From Candidatus Atabeyarchaeum deiterrae (lineage in GTDB: Archaea; Asgardarchaeota; Atabeyarchaeia; Atabeyarchaeales; Atabeyarchaeaceae): a stretch of DNA of 64,000 nt. The stretch covers positions 1,760,001-1,824,000 of the forward strand of contig CP147780.1 in assembly GCA_037310415.1 (NCBI GenBank), in the 5' to 3' direction. Position numbers and translations under genes: made by a program. The notes under the pieces were generated by a model. That model worked only from the letters and a program-made list of their open reading frames with translations. It made no database searches and was not told where the DNA came from. Positions 39,893 to 49,013 of this stretch are shown here, piece by piece. Position 1 is the stretch's first letter, and each line of letters starts with the position of its first letter.

Positions 39893-40304
39893 CAATAAAG
39901 CGATTGCAGGCGATACAAACGCACCAAGATTCTTTCTTCTAATTTCTGTTTCTCTGATATTGACGCGGGACGACTCCCATTGGGTTCTACTCCGATTATG
40001 TCAATTGGCCTTCTTGACCACAGCGTACGCATCCTTTGCTTCGCGCTTACATCTTCCTGCACATATCCCCTTTTACGCTATGCTCCCCGATGCCGGATTC
40101 TGACTAATTGCCGACCAAGTTCACAACGTCGCAGTTAGTCTGGTAACTCTCGATTCCGGGCACTTGTCTCAAAACTGCCGCTCTCTTCGGAAGAATATCG
40201 AAAGACTTTTTTATGAGATACTATGACTTAACACTATAATCCATGGCATCAAATCTTCCGAGAACGAGAGGGAACGTCAAGTCATTTTTGGAGAATGATG
40301 CGTT

Positions 40305-41348
40305 TTGAGAATACTCAAGATGAAGAAGGACAATTTGGACTGCTTCCTTGAGGAAACCAGTTCATTTGGGGAACTCTGGGGTCCCACCAAGGAAAATGGC
40401 AAATTCACTTACGACAAGATCAAGGATCGAAGTCGACTATACTTGGGAAGCGAGATTCCAATGATTCCTCCGAAGAAACTATTCCACCCTCCAACCTTTG
40501 ACATGTTTCGTTTCTCCGAAAAAGGGCTTGAGCCAAACTATGATTGGGTTACAGACAGAGTCTTATTTGGAATCCACCCATGCGACATACACGGGCTCCT
40601 AATTCTGGACAAGTTCTTCACTGGGTCACCGGCAGATCCTTACTGGAGCAAGGCGAGAGAAAAAACGATCGTCGTGGGCTACTCATGCATCCCATGCGAA
40701 AGTTGCCTGTGCAAGTCCACTAACACTGATATTGTTCACGAAGGGTTCGACCTGTTCTTTACGGATCTCGAAGACTACTACCTGGTTTGGGTCGGTTCAA
40801 GCGTCGGAGACGACATGACACGAGTGCGACAAGACATATTCGATGAGAGAGTTGAGAAGGAAGATATCAAGAAATACTTTGAATGGAGGAAGGAAAGGGA
40901 CAGCTGCTTCGTTAAAGACTTTGAATTCAAGAATCTACCTGATATGATGGAACTAAGTTATGGAACGAAAGTATGGGACAACTGGGGGGAAAAATGCCTC
41001 TCATGCGGGCAGTGCACAATGGTCTGCCCGACCTGCAACTGCTATGACGCTTACGATCAGATCGAGTTGAGCACGGAGTTCAAGGGGACACGTCAGCGTC
41101 ATTGGGACTCTTGCATGTTTTCTGATTACTCTCTTGTCGCGGGTGGACAGAACTTCAGAGGCAAGCGATCTGACCGCGTCAAGCTATGGTATACTCACAA
41201 ACTCAGAGCATATGAGACAGAATCAGGCAAACCAGGCAATCCTTCATGTGTTGGTTGCGGGCGGTGTGTCAAGACCTGCCCCGTTGACATAAACGTGTTA
41301 ACAGTTTCAGACTCGCTCTTGACAGGGGAGGTGCCAAAGAAGCAATGA
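40305..41348 (+). CDS. hydB: Group 3b [NiFe]-hydrogenase (sulfhydrogenase) beta subunit
   Basis: HPCD, CLSCGQCTMVCPTCNC, WDSC, CVGCGRC...CP. Confidence 0.92.
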   Translation: MRILKMKKDNLDCFLEETSSFGELWGPTKENGKFTYDKIKDRSRLYLGSEIPMIPPKKLFHPPTFDMFRFSEKGLEPNYDWVTDRVLFGIHPCDIHGLLILDKFFTGSPADPYWSKAREKTIVVGYSCIPCESCLCKSTNTDIVHEGFDLFFTDLEDYYLVWVGSSVGDDMTRVRQDIFDERVEKEDIKKYFEWRKERDSCFVKDFEFKNLPDMMELSYGTKVWDNWGEKCLSCGQCTMVCPTCNCYDAYDQIELSTEFKGTRQRHWDSCMFSDYSLVAGGQNFRGKRSDRVKLWYTHKLRAYETESGKPGNPSCVGCGRCVKTCPVDINVLTVSDSLLTGEVPKKQ

Positions 41349-42208
41349 ACAGATCAAGTAGCGCTAATACACCAAACGAGAATCCTTACCTATCTGAGCC
41401 ATGCCGCATACTGCGCAAGATAGACTTGGCTGAGGGCGTCAGACTGTTCCAGATCCGACCAACAAATGAGAGCTCGACGCTTGCAGCGAACTATGCTCCT
41501 GGCCAATTCGTCATGGTCTCAGTTCCTGGAATAGGTGAAGCGCCTTTCTCTATCTCATCTACTCCTACACGTCCTGGTACCATGGAGTTAGGGATCAGAA
41601 AGGTCGGGAGAATAACTGAAGCGATATTCCAGCTGAAAGAAAAGGACATCATGTTTGTTAGAGGACCATACGGGAATAACTTTAACATCTCCGCGATGGA
41701 AGGCAAAGACCTAATTATCGTCGCTGGGGGAATAGGGCTAATCCCTCTGCGCTCGGTGCTACTTTTCGCGCTCGATAATAGGGAGCTCTTCAAACGGATA
41801 ATGTTTCTGTATGGCGCGCGAACGCCAGACGAAAGACTGTACAAGAATGAGTTGACCGAGCTGAAAGAGCGCGGAGATGTGGAGTGCCACTACTCGGTCG
41901 ACCGTGATCCCACAGGGAAATTCCTTGGAAAAGTTGGAGTAGTCACAACACTCTTTGCTGATCTCAAAGACATAGAGCCTGAGAAGACATCCGTCGTAAT
42001 CTGTGGTCCCCCGGTCATGTACACCTATGTGATAAGAGAACTGCTCAAGCTGAAAATACCTAAGAACCAGATCCAAATGACGCTCGAACGCCGAATGAAG
42101 TGCGGAATAGGCAAGTGCGGTCACTGCGCCTTGGACGAACTGTACACGTGCAGAGATGGGCCAGTCTTCACATACTGGGATGTAATCCACTTCAGGGAGT
42201 TGATCTGA
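41345..42208 (+). CDS. hydG: Group 3b hydrogenase gamma subunit (FAD/NAD(P)-binding, 2Fe-2S)
   Basis: PGQF, GEAPFSISS, RGPYG, AGGIG, CGPPVM, MKCGIGKCGHC. Confidence 0.93.
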   Translation: MNRSSSANTPNENPYLSEPCRILRKIDLAEGVRLFQIRPTNESSTLAANYAPGQFVMVSVPGIGEAPFSISSTPTRPGTMELGIRKVGRITEAIFQLKEKDIMFVRGPYGNNFNISAMEGKDLIIVAGGIGLIPLRSVLLFALDNRELFKRIMFLYGARTPDERLYKNELTELKERGDVECHYSVDRDPTGKFLGKVGVVTTLFADLKDIEPEKTSVVICGPPVMYTYVIRELLKLKIPKNQIQMTLERRMKCGIGKCGHCALDELYTCRDGPVFTYWDVIHFRELI

Positions 42209-42236
42209 AGGAGGAGCATTTTGGAGGACTATCATC

Positions 42237-43040
42237 ATGTCAAAGGCAAAAGAAGTAACAAAGCCTAAGCTCGGCATTTACGAATTGACAGGTTGTTCCG
42301 GCGAACAGTTAATTTTCCTCCACAGCGAGGAACTCTTACTCGACCTAGTGAAAGTCTTCGATTTACGGGTCTGGGTCATGGCAACAAGCGGTCCAGAAAT
42401 AGACGACGTAGACGTCGCCTTAATTGAGGGTTCCGTGGGCACAGAGCAGGATGCTGAACGGCTAAAGGAAATCAGAAAACGGGCTAAGACTCTAGTAGCC
42501 ATCGGTGACTGCGCCTGTTACGGATGCATCCAAGCCCAGTCAGCCAACGACGGAAAGTATCAGGAAAGACTGAAACTCGTCTACGGAGACCCCTCAAAGA
42601 TAACCGTTCGCAAACCCATGGAGGCCCAACCAGTCGACGCAATAGTCAAAGTAGACTACTCTCTACCCGGCTGCCCGATAAACGCAAGGCAGACCTTTGC
42701 ACTCGTCACTAGACTTGCAAGAGGGTTCCAACCAGAGTCACCCAAGTTCCCAGTGTGTCTGGAATGCAGAATGAAAGACAATAATTGTCTCCTATACAAC
42801 GGCAAGTTCTGCCTCGGACCAATAACCCTGGCTGGATGTGGCGCTGTCTGCCCGTCCTACAACCTCCCCTGTGTGGGTTGCTTTGGATTGAATGAAGATG
42901 GCAACCTAACCTCTGAAATAAAGAAACTTGAGGAGAACGGATTTAAAAAAGAAGATGTGATTCGACGAATCCGAACCTTTGGAGGAACCAAGGCAGCCAA
43001 AACCATAGAGAAACTACTACAGGAGGGAACACTGAAGTAA
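42237..43040 (+). CDS. hydD: Group 3b hydrogenase small (delta) subunit
   Basis: GCSGE, EGS, GDCA..G, PGCP, VCLEC, CLGP, CP...PC.GC. Confidence 0.92.
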   Translation: MSKAKEVTKPKLGIYELTGCSGEQLIFLHSEELLLDLVKVFDLRVWVMATSGPEIDDVDVALIEGSVGTEQDAERLKEIRKRAKTLVAIGDCACYGCIQAQSANDGKYQERLKLVYGDPSKITVRKPMEAQPVDAIVKVDYSLPGCPINARQTFALVTRLARGFQPESPKFPVCLECRMKDNNCLLYNGKFCLGPITLAGCGAVCPSYNLPCVGCFGLNEDGNLTSEIKKLEENGFKKEDVIRRIRTFGGTKAAKTIEKLLQEGTLK

Positions 43041-43305
43041 ACTACCACCGTCTTAAGACGGTGGCTTTCCGTTTAGGTGATAGATATGTGGCACAGCCAA
43101 ACTCACATCACCTGCATCTGGACGGCCGAGGCGGTTTACGTCGCCTCGCTCGGCGGAAACCTGGGCTCACCCGCTCCGCCGAGTGACTGGCTCTTTGCAT
43201 GGGTTTTACGCCCAGTCAGCAACCCTATACCCAAACTAGTAGCACTATGCGGAGGTTTAAGAACTCAACGCAATTCCTCCACTCTTTGAAAGGGTGGTCT
43301 CTTTG
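43037..43305 (-). mobile_element. Non-autonomous IS200/IS605-type element (MITE/PATE) with structured RNA-like interior
   Basis: Sub-terminal hairpins at both ends: perfect 20-bp palindrome at 43045-43064 in a GAAAGCC...GGTAGTTTAC context (minus strand), and imperfect hairpin at 43279-43297 next to GCAATTCCTCC. No terminal IR or TSD. Excision restores a tight hydD-hydA junction. Confidence 0.7.
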
Positions 43306-43316
43306 TGGTGATTAAT

Positions 43317-44624
43317 ATGAAGCGAGACGAAAAATCAATTGACATCGAATACCTTCCCCGAGTTGAGGGGCATGGAGCTATAACAATAGAGATTACGGAT
43401 AGTGGTAAGGTTGGCGATGTGAAAGTCGACATACCAGAAGCTCCAAGACTCATAGAAGCCTTAGTGGTGGGCAAGACTCCTGAAGAAGACTTGAACATGG
43501 TTCCTAGAGTATGTGGCATATGTTCCTTCAGCCACAAGTATGCAGGCATCCGCGCCTTTGAAAAAGCATTGAATGTGGTTCCCTCTAAGAAAGCAGTCGC
43601 ACTAAGAACCCTCCTACATATTTCCGAAACCCTCCAAAGCGACGTTCTACACGTCTTCTTCCTTTCACTACCTGACCTCCTAGGTTACCCCAACGCCATA
43701 GCCATGGCTAGCGACTACAAAGACGCGGTCTTGAGTGCCATGAAGATGAAAGGGTTCGCCAACAAGATGATGGAAATAGGATCCGGTCGATTCGTACACG
43801 GAGAAAACCCAGTCATAGGAGGCTTCGGGAGATACCCATCTGAAGAAGAGCTAACACCACTCAAAGAACAATCACAAGAACTCATTCCACTAGCTGAAAA
43901 AGCAATGAAGCTGCTCGGAGACATGGAAATCCCAACATTCCCAGAACGAGAAACGATCTTCATGTGCCTCAAACCGCCAACAGGAGAATACGGCTTGGTC
44001 GGAGACACGGTATTCGTCTCGGACGGAAAAGAGACACCAGTAGAGAACTACGAACAACTCACAAACGAGAGAGTAGTCTCCCATTCGTTTGCAAAGCGAT
44101 CAACCTACGGCGGAAAACCCTTCACCGTCGGTGCCCTTGCAAGAATAAGCCTCCTCGGAGACCGCCTCAAAGGAATAGCGAAAAAGTATTACGATCAATA
44201 CTACGGTGAGCAGTGGAAGAAGAACATACTATACAACATCCACGCTCAAGCACTTGAAATCCTCTGGTGCCTGCAGGCAGTATTCCCGGTTGTAGACGAG
44301 ATCGTAGAAGCAGAAACGCCGAACGAAGGGATCGCAAAACGAGGCAGGGCAACAGGCAAGGGAACTGGCGCAGTCGAAGCGCCGAGAGGAATACTGTATC
44401 ACCACTATGAGGTCGAGAACAATCTAATCAAGCGCTCCAACATTATCACACCTACCGCGCAGAACCTTGACGACATCGAGGAGTACCTTAAAGTCGCGGC
44501 GACCAACCTTCTGAAGCAGAATGAAAAAGAGGATCTTCCGGCTAAGTTGGAGATGGTTGCGAGAGCATTCGACCCGTGCATCAGCTGCTCAGTACATGTG
44601 CTGCGACTCAAGTCTGGCCAATAG
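43317..44624 (+). CDS. hydA: Group 3b [NiFe]-hydrogenase large (alpha) subunit
   Basis: RVEGHG, L1 RVCGIC, EAPRG, L2 DPCISCSVH plus a short cleavable tail; ATG 43317 preceded by GGTGA. Confidence 0.95.
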   Translation: MKRDEKSIDIEYLPRVEGHGAITIEITDSGKVGDVKVDIPEAPRLIEALVVGKTPEEDLNMVPRVCGICSFSHKYAGIRAFEKALNVVPSKKAVALRTLLHISETLQSDVLHVFFLSLPDLLGYPNAIAMASDYKDAVLSAMKMKGFANKMMEIGSGRFVHGENPVIGGFGRYPSEEELTPLKEQSQELIPLAEKAMKLLGDMEIPTFPERETIFMCLKPPTGEYGLVGDTVFVSDGKETPVENYEQLTNERVVSHSFAKRSTYGGKPFTVGALARISLLGDRLKGIAKKYYDQYYGEQWKKNILYNIHAQALEILWCLQAVFPVVDEIVEAETPNEGIAKRGRATGKGTGAVEAPRGILYHHYEVENNLIKRSNIITPTAQNLDDIEEYLKVAATNLLKQNEKEDLPAKLEMVARAFDPCISCSVHVLRLKSGQ

Positions 44625-45178
44625 AGTGCTCCAGAGAAACAGGGTTTTCAAACTCACGCCACACTGCATTTTGCATTCATCAAACTGGGAGAAAAGACGG
44701 AGCACGCACCTACTTGAACTCCGGCCAGCGTTGCAGGTGGTGGCATAAGCCGACTTATGTGTATCATGGGCGTTTCAATATGAACAATGTTGGAAACGGA
44801 TGCGATGATTAGGCGTTAATCTTTCTGGCATATCCCACTAAGCTGATTTTTCTCCACCCTTCAATCGAGTTAAATAGTCTTCACTCTATAATGCTATCCG
44901 TCGAAGAGAAGATTACATCTAATGAGCTATAGCTTCAGCCAAGTCATCTGCCAATCATTATCCCTAGTCGTTCGAGTATGATCTCGTATGGTGACCGCAT
45001 GAGGTCCGAGGAAAGAATGCCTCCACCCTGAGGGCGAGTACATGGTGGGGAAAACCCTCAGGATCTATGTCCCAGGGCTCTGTGGAGATCACCAGGATTC
45101 GCTGCCCGGCGGCATAGTTAGTGTTAGCGTGACCGATTTGATTTCGTGATTATTCAAGCCAGCGCTTTGACGGCATGA

Positions 45179-45874
45179 GTGTATTCTCGAATCAAGAGGT
45201 CGATAGTAATAATGCAGCAAACCGGTGGACATAGAAACCATAGGACCATACTAGGAGAGCAAGCTTGTCGAGTTGTTAGAGCATCCTTGGAGGAACAGTG
45301 TTGGAGGATGCACACGTTTGATTGGGTTCCTATCTTTTCATGTTGTCAGACCTGCTCCAATGAGAAGAAACTATCGGAGGAAGCACGCAAGTCCTATGGA
45401 TGGACTAGGCCTGATTTTCTAGCGAAGTCCCTGTCCGGGAATCTCTGCCTTTTGGAAGTCAAGGGCAAGAGCAGACGCAAGTTTGTCGTTGATGACTTTA
45501 GGTATGAATCTTATGTATACTGGGAGCGATTTCTTGGCATTCCAGCATTCGTAGTTTTCTATGTAAGCTCGGATAACAGACAGGACGATAGCAGATTATA
45601 TCTGCATAAGGTCCTTGATGAGGACGTTAGAATTGGTGATATCGGCGATAACTTGGAGCTACTTGTGGACACAGAGGGCAATGTGAGCCAGACAAATGAT
45701 AAAGTCATATCGTTGAAACGAATAGATTCAGGATGGTTCCTAAGTGAAGAGCTTGAACAACAAATTGATGCCTGGGATGTATCTGAAAGTCTCTCAAAAT
45801 GGATCGAAAGAAAGGACTCCGATTTAAACACCGAGAAATTGTCAGAATCGGCCGTACGCCACCTGCTGCAATGA
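45179..45874 (+). CDS. PD-(D/E)XK nuclease-fold protein
   Basis: GE helix, RPDFLA...LLEVKGK. Confidence 0.72.
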   Translation: MYSRIKRSIVIMQQTGGHRNHRTILGEQACRVVRASLEEQCWRMHTFDWVPIFSCCQTCSNEKKLSEEARKSYGWTRPDFLAKSLSGNLCLLEVKGKSRRKFVVDDFRYESYVYWERFLGIPAFVVFYVSSDNRQDDSRLYLHKVLDEDVRIGDIGDNLELLVDTEGNVSQTNDKVISLKRIDSGWFLSEELEQQIDAWDVSESLSKWIERKDSDLNTEKLSESAVRHLLQ

Positions 45875-46370
45875 GCGTTGAAGCCAGTAAGTCGGATGCT
45901 GGATTTCCGCTACGTTACTCATCGTCATGGTGTTCATGCCCCATTGGCCCAGTGAGATAATGGAAATGTCGTGAAACTAATGAGGACAAATGCGGATGCG
46001 GACGGAGCAGTTAGTCGGAACTTGGTTTTGCAGGAGCCAACCAGGAAATGCATTAGTCTGTCTTGCGTTCTCTTCAGTCTCGCTGCTGTGTGCGCCGAAA
46101 GTGACGGAGCAAAACATAGACCAGGTATGTACGCTGTGATTGCGCTGCTAATATACACTCTGATTTGAACTCTCAATTGTCGAGCCTGCATTTCTCTCCT
46201 CCGATCTGGGCTCTCGATTACATGGCTCATGCGTCGTTTGGACTCTTAATTCTCAAACACATGTCCGGGTGACCAAGGAGTGGAGCGCCACTCGAATATC
46301 TCTGAATTGCCAGAGGCAACTTACCAAAGATTTTTAATACCCCAATCCTACCTTCAGTCAGGGTGAGGGA

Positions 46371-49010
46371 ATGCAGGACAAACCCAAGCTATTGGTTAAA
46401 TTCTCAGGATTGCCAGATGCGACAAGTGGCTTCTTCTTGCCTGGCAATAACTGGCTTATTACTGGTCATCAGAATGGCTTAGTCCTCAGATGGGATGTCG
46501 AGAAAGGCACGAGTGATCTCTTGTACAAGTGCGCTTCGGAAATTGAGACGATTTCGGGATCAGGCGGGAAGAGTATCGTAATTGGCACTCATGCAGGCGA
46601 ACTTGTCGTTCTGGATCTGGAAAACCCGAAAAACGCCGAGGTGATCCAAAAGGCTACATATGACAAGCATTCGCGAATTTGGAGAACGGTTTGGCCCACG
46701 AAAGGTGGCATAGTATTCACCTCAACATATGGTGTAATGAATGCCGTTTCGAGAACAATGGAGGGACGTTGGGAAAACGTCCCCCTCTCTGGTCATTCTG
46801 ACAGTATATTTGGTTTGGGCAACTTCGACGGCACTCTTTTGGCTTCTGGAGACTACAGGGGCAATATCCTAATCTGGAAATCCGAAGCGGGCAGGTACGC
46901 TGTGATTCAAACTCTCAAGGTCAACCAGGTCATACAAGGTATATCATGGCACAAGGATCGATCATTTGCGGTGATCGGACAAGCCGGACGCATCTATTTG
47001 TACGAAGAAACTGAGAGTAACACGCAACAATGGCAACTTATCGTCGAAGTGAGCAATGCGAGTAGTTACGGAAGATGCGTACACATAACAGACGACGGAA
47101 AGACTGTTTTTGCAGGAACGGACAATGAACTAATTCAGTTTGACATAGATTCTCAACAAGTTGGATCGATCGATATTGCGGGCGCAAGAACGCTATTCTC
47201 AAAAGGCGATACAATCTACGTTCTGACAGGAAACGCATTCGAGTCGTTTCAGAAAAAGAAAATAGAAGTTAAGGTAGGCTTCATAAGATACAGGTATGCG
47301 AAAATCAGCTTGATCGGACAAACGGGTGTAGGAAAAAGCACCCTCTGCAATTTTATTATAACTGGATCGCCCGGAGACTTGAAGTCGACTTTCGGCAGGA
47401 GGGTATGGAACTGGAGCATCCTGGGCGATGAGTCTCTTGAGAGGCGAATCATTTTCTACGATCACGGTGGTCAGGAGACAGTCCTCGGCACATTCTTGCC
47501 TTTCATAACGGATTCTGATCTCATCCTCATTGTCTTTCAACAGAACGACAAAGGGACGTTTAGAACTGCTCTTAGAACTCTAGACCAGATCAAGACCAGT
47601 CTAGCTCCAAAGACAAAGATATTCTTTGTGCAAACTCACATCGATCATCGAATGAATGAGATTGATGAGTCCTACGTTAAGAGCCTCGTTGACTCGGGGC
47701 AGATCAACGGTCACTTCAAAGTGTGTCCTTCGGACGGTTCAGGAGTGGAGGAACTGAAGTCCCGCTTGGCCAAAGAGATATCTTGGGTCGACGCACGGAT
47801 TATGATCCAATCCCAAAGCGTGGATGGCGTCATAAAGACAATCTCATCTCTGCAAGACAGGAACGTCAACACGATCAGATTTGAATTCTTCAGGAAGGCG
47901 TATGGGCAACTAGGTTTGAACATATCAGCCAAACATCTCGAATTCCTGCTCCGAGACTTAAGCGACCAAGGCATGATCGACTATTACCCTAAAGTCAGCG
48001 ATTTGATCATCATTAGCGACGAGAAGTACAATGAACTGCGAACACAGATTCCCATCTTCGTAGATCAGCACAACGGAATTGTCTCATTCGACGACCTACT
48101 TGCCGCCTTTGGACATCACGAGTACTTGCCGATATTGGACTTGGTATATCAGAGCTACGGTGTATCCATCAAGGATCAGAACCTAAGAGTTTTCCCAGAG
48201 AAACTGAAGAGCGAAATCATAACTATTCCTGAGAAGTACAGCCACCTTTTGAAAGGGAGCCAGCCTAGGGTCGTGTCTACACCGCCACGCAAGATCGAGG
48301 TAGCTCGCTTGATTGCAGCTCTTTCTGAACTCAACCTGCGATGCATTGACGCATCACAGAGTGATGGTCTGTTTTCATGGGAAGAGAATGCATGTGTCTA
48401 CTATAGGTTCCAGAGATTTGGCGATGCAATGCAGGGAGAAGTTGTCAGATGGACGTACTTTATTGCCGGCGCCAAGAAGCAGACATGCGAGCGTCTTGAA
48501 GGCGAGTTCCAAAGCATTGTCGAGAAGCTTTATGGTCCCTTTGTCGCAACCTCTCAGAACAATCTTAAAAAAAAACCGTTGAAGAAGGAAATTAGGTTCG
48601 ACGTTGCACTTTCTTTCGCCGGAGAGCAGAGAGATTACGTGAGGCAAGTAGACGAGATCCTTGAGGGCAAGGGCGTCAAAACATTTTTCGCTGAGTTTTA
48701 CACTCACCAGCTCTGGGGAACGAACCTTGCAGAGTACCTCAATGATGTTTTCTACTCACAGTCGAATTATTGTATGATGTTCGTCTCCAAAGAGTATATA
48801 GAGAAAGCTTGGCCAACGCATGAACGCAGAAGTGCGATTGCCAGACAGATCAAACAGTTTGGCAACTACATATTGCCCGTCATATTTGACGATTCTGAGG
48901 TTCCAGGTTTTCAGCTTTCATCAATAGGATATTTAGACGCGAGAAAAATGTCTCCATCAGATGTGGCTAATCAATTTGTCAAAAAACTGGAAGCAAGTCA
49001 GGGCAGTTAG
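46371..49010 (+). CDS. WD40 - Roc GTPase - COR - TIR protein (Roco family)
   Basis: WD-like repeats (GHSDSI..LASGDYRGNILIW); G1 GQTGVGKST, G2 STFG, G3 DHGGQE, G4 THID; COR-like LEFLLRDLSDQGMIDYY; TIR FDVALSFAGEQR...SKEY..KAWPTHE...ILPV. Confidence 0.85.
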   Translation: MQDKPKLLVKFSGLPDATSGFFLPGNNWLITGHQNGLVLRWDVEKGTSDLLYKCASEIETISGSGGKSIVIGTHAGELVVLDLENPKNAEVIQKATYDKHSRIWRTVWPTKGGIVFTSTYGVMNAVSRTMEGRWENVPLSGHSDSIFGLGNFDGTLLASGDYRGNILIWKSEAGRYAVIQTLKVNQVIQGISWHKDRSFAVIGQAGRIYLYEETESNTQQWQLIVEVSNASSYGRCVHITDDGKTVFAGTDNELIQFDIDSQQVGSIDIAGARTLFSKGDTIYVLTGNAFESFQKKKIEVKVGFIRYRYAKISLIGQTGVGKSTLCNFIITGSPGDLKSTFGRRVWNWSILGDESLERRIIFYDHGGQETVLGTFLPFITDSDLILIVFQQNDKGTFRTALRTLDQIKTSLAPKTKIFFVQTHIDHRMNEIDESYVKSLVDSGQINGHFKVCPSDGSGVEELKSRLAKEISWVDARIMIQSQSVDGVIKTISSLQDRNVNTIRFEFFRKAYGQLGLNISAKHLEFLLRDLSDQGMIDYYPKVSDLIIISDEKYNELRTQIPIFVDQHNGIVSFDDLLAAFGHHEYLPILDLVYQSYGVSIKDQNLRVFPEKLKSEIITIPEKYSHLLKGSQPRVVSTPPRKIEVARLIAALSELNLRCIDASQSDGLFSWEENACVYYRFQRFGDAMQGEVVRWTYFIAGAKKQTCERLEGEFQSIVEKLYGPFVATSQNNLKKKPLKKEIRFDVALSFAGEQRDYVRQVDEILEGKGVKTFFAEFYTHQLWGTNLAEYLNDVFYSQSNYCMMFVSKEYIEKAWPTHERRSAIARQIKQFGNYILPVIFDDSEVPGFQLSSIGYLDARKMSPSDVANQFVKKLEASQGS
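48567..48575 (+). repeat. A9 homopolymer at the COR/TIR junction
   Basis: ctt AAA AAA AAA ccg; both alternative frames stop within 7 codons. Confidence 0.9.
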
Positions 49011-49013
49011 CGG

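Noticed and set aside
43077-43289. 70-aa ORF between hydD and hydA
   Set aside because: It lies wholly inside the hairpin-rich element and has no recognisable motif; RNA/DNA structure explains the sequence better.
43317-44624. Possible selenocysteine hydrogenase, with the upstream structure as a SECIS
   Set aside because: L1 and L2 motifs use ordinary Cys codons, and there is no in-frame TGA in any hydrogenase gene.
45005-45030. GAGGAAAG...CCACC resembling the RNase P RNA 5' conserved region
   Set aside because: It lacks GAGGAAAGUCC and the 3' conserved P4 strand.
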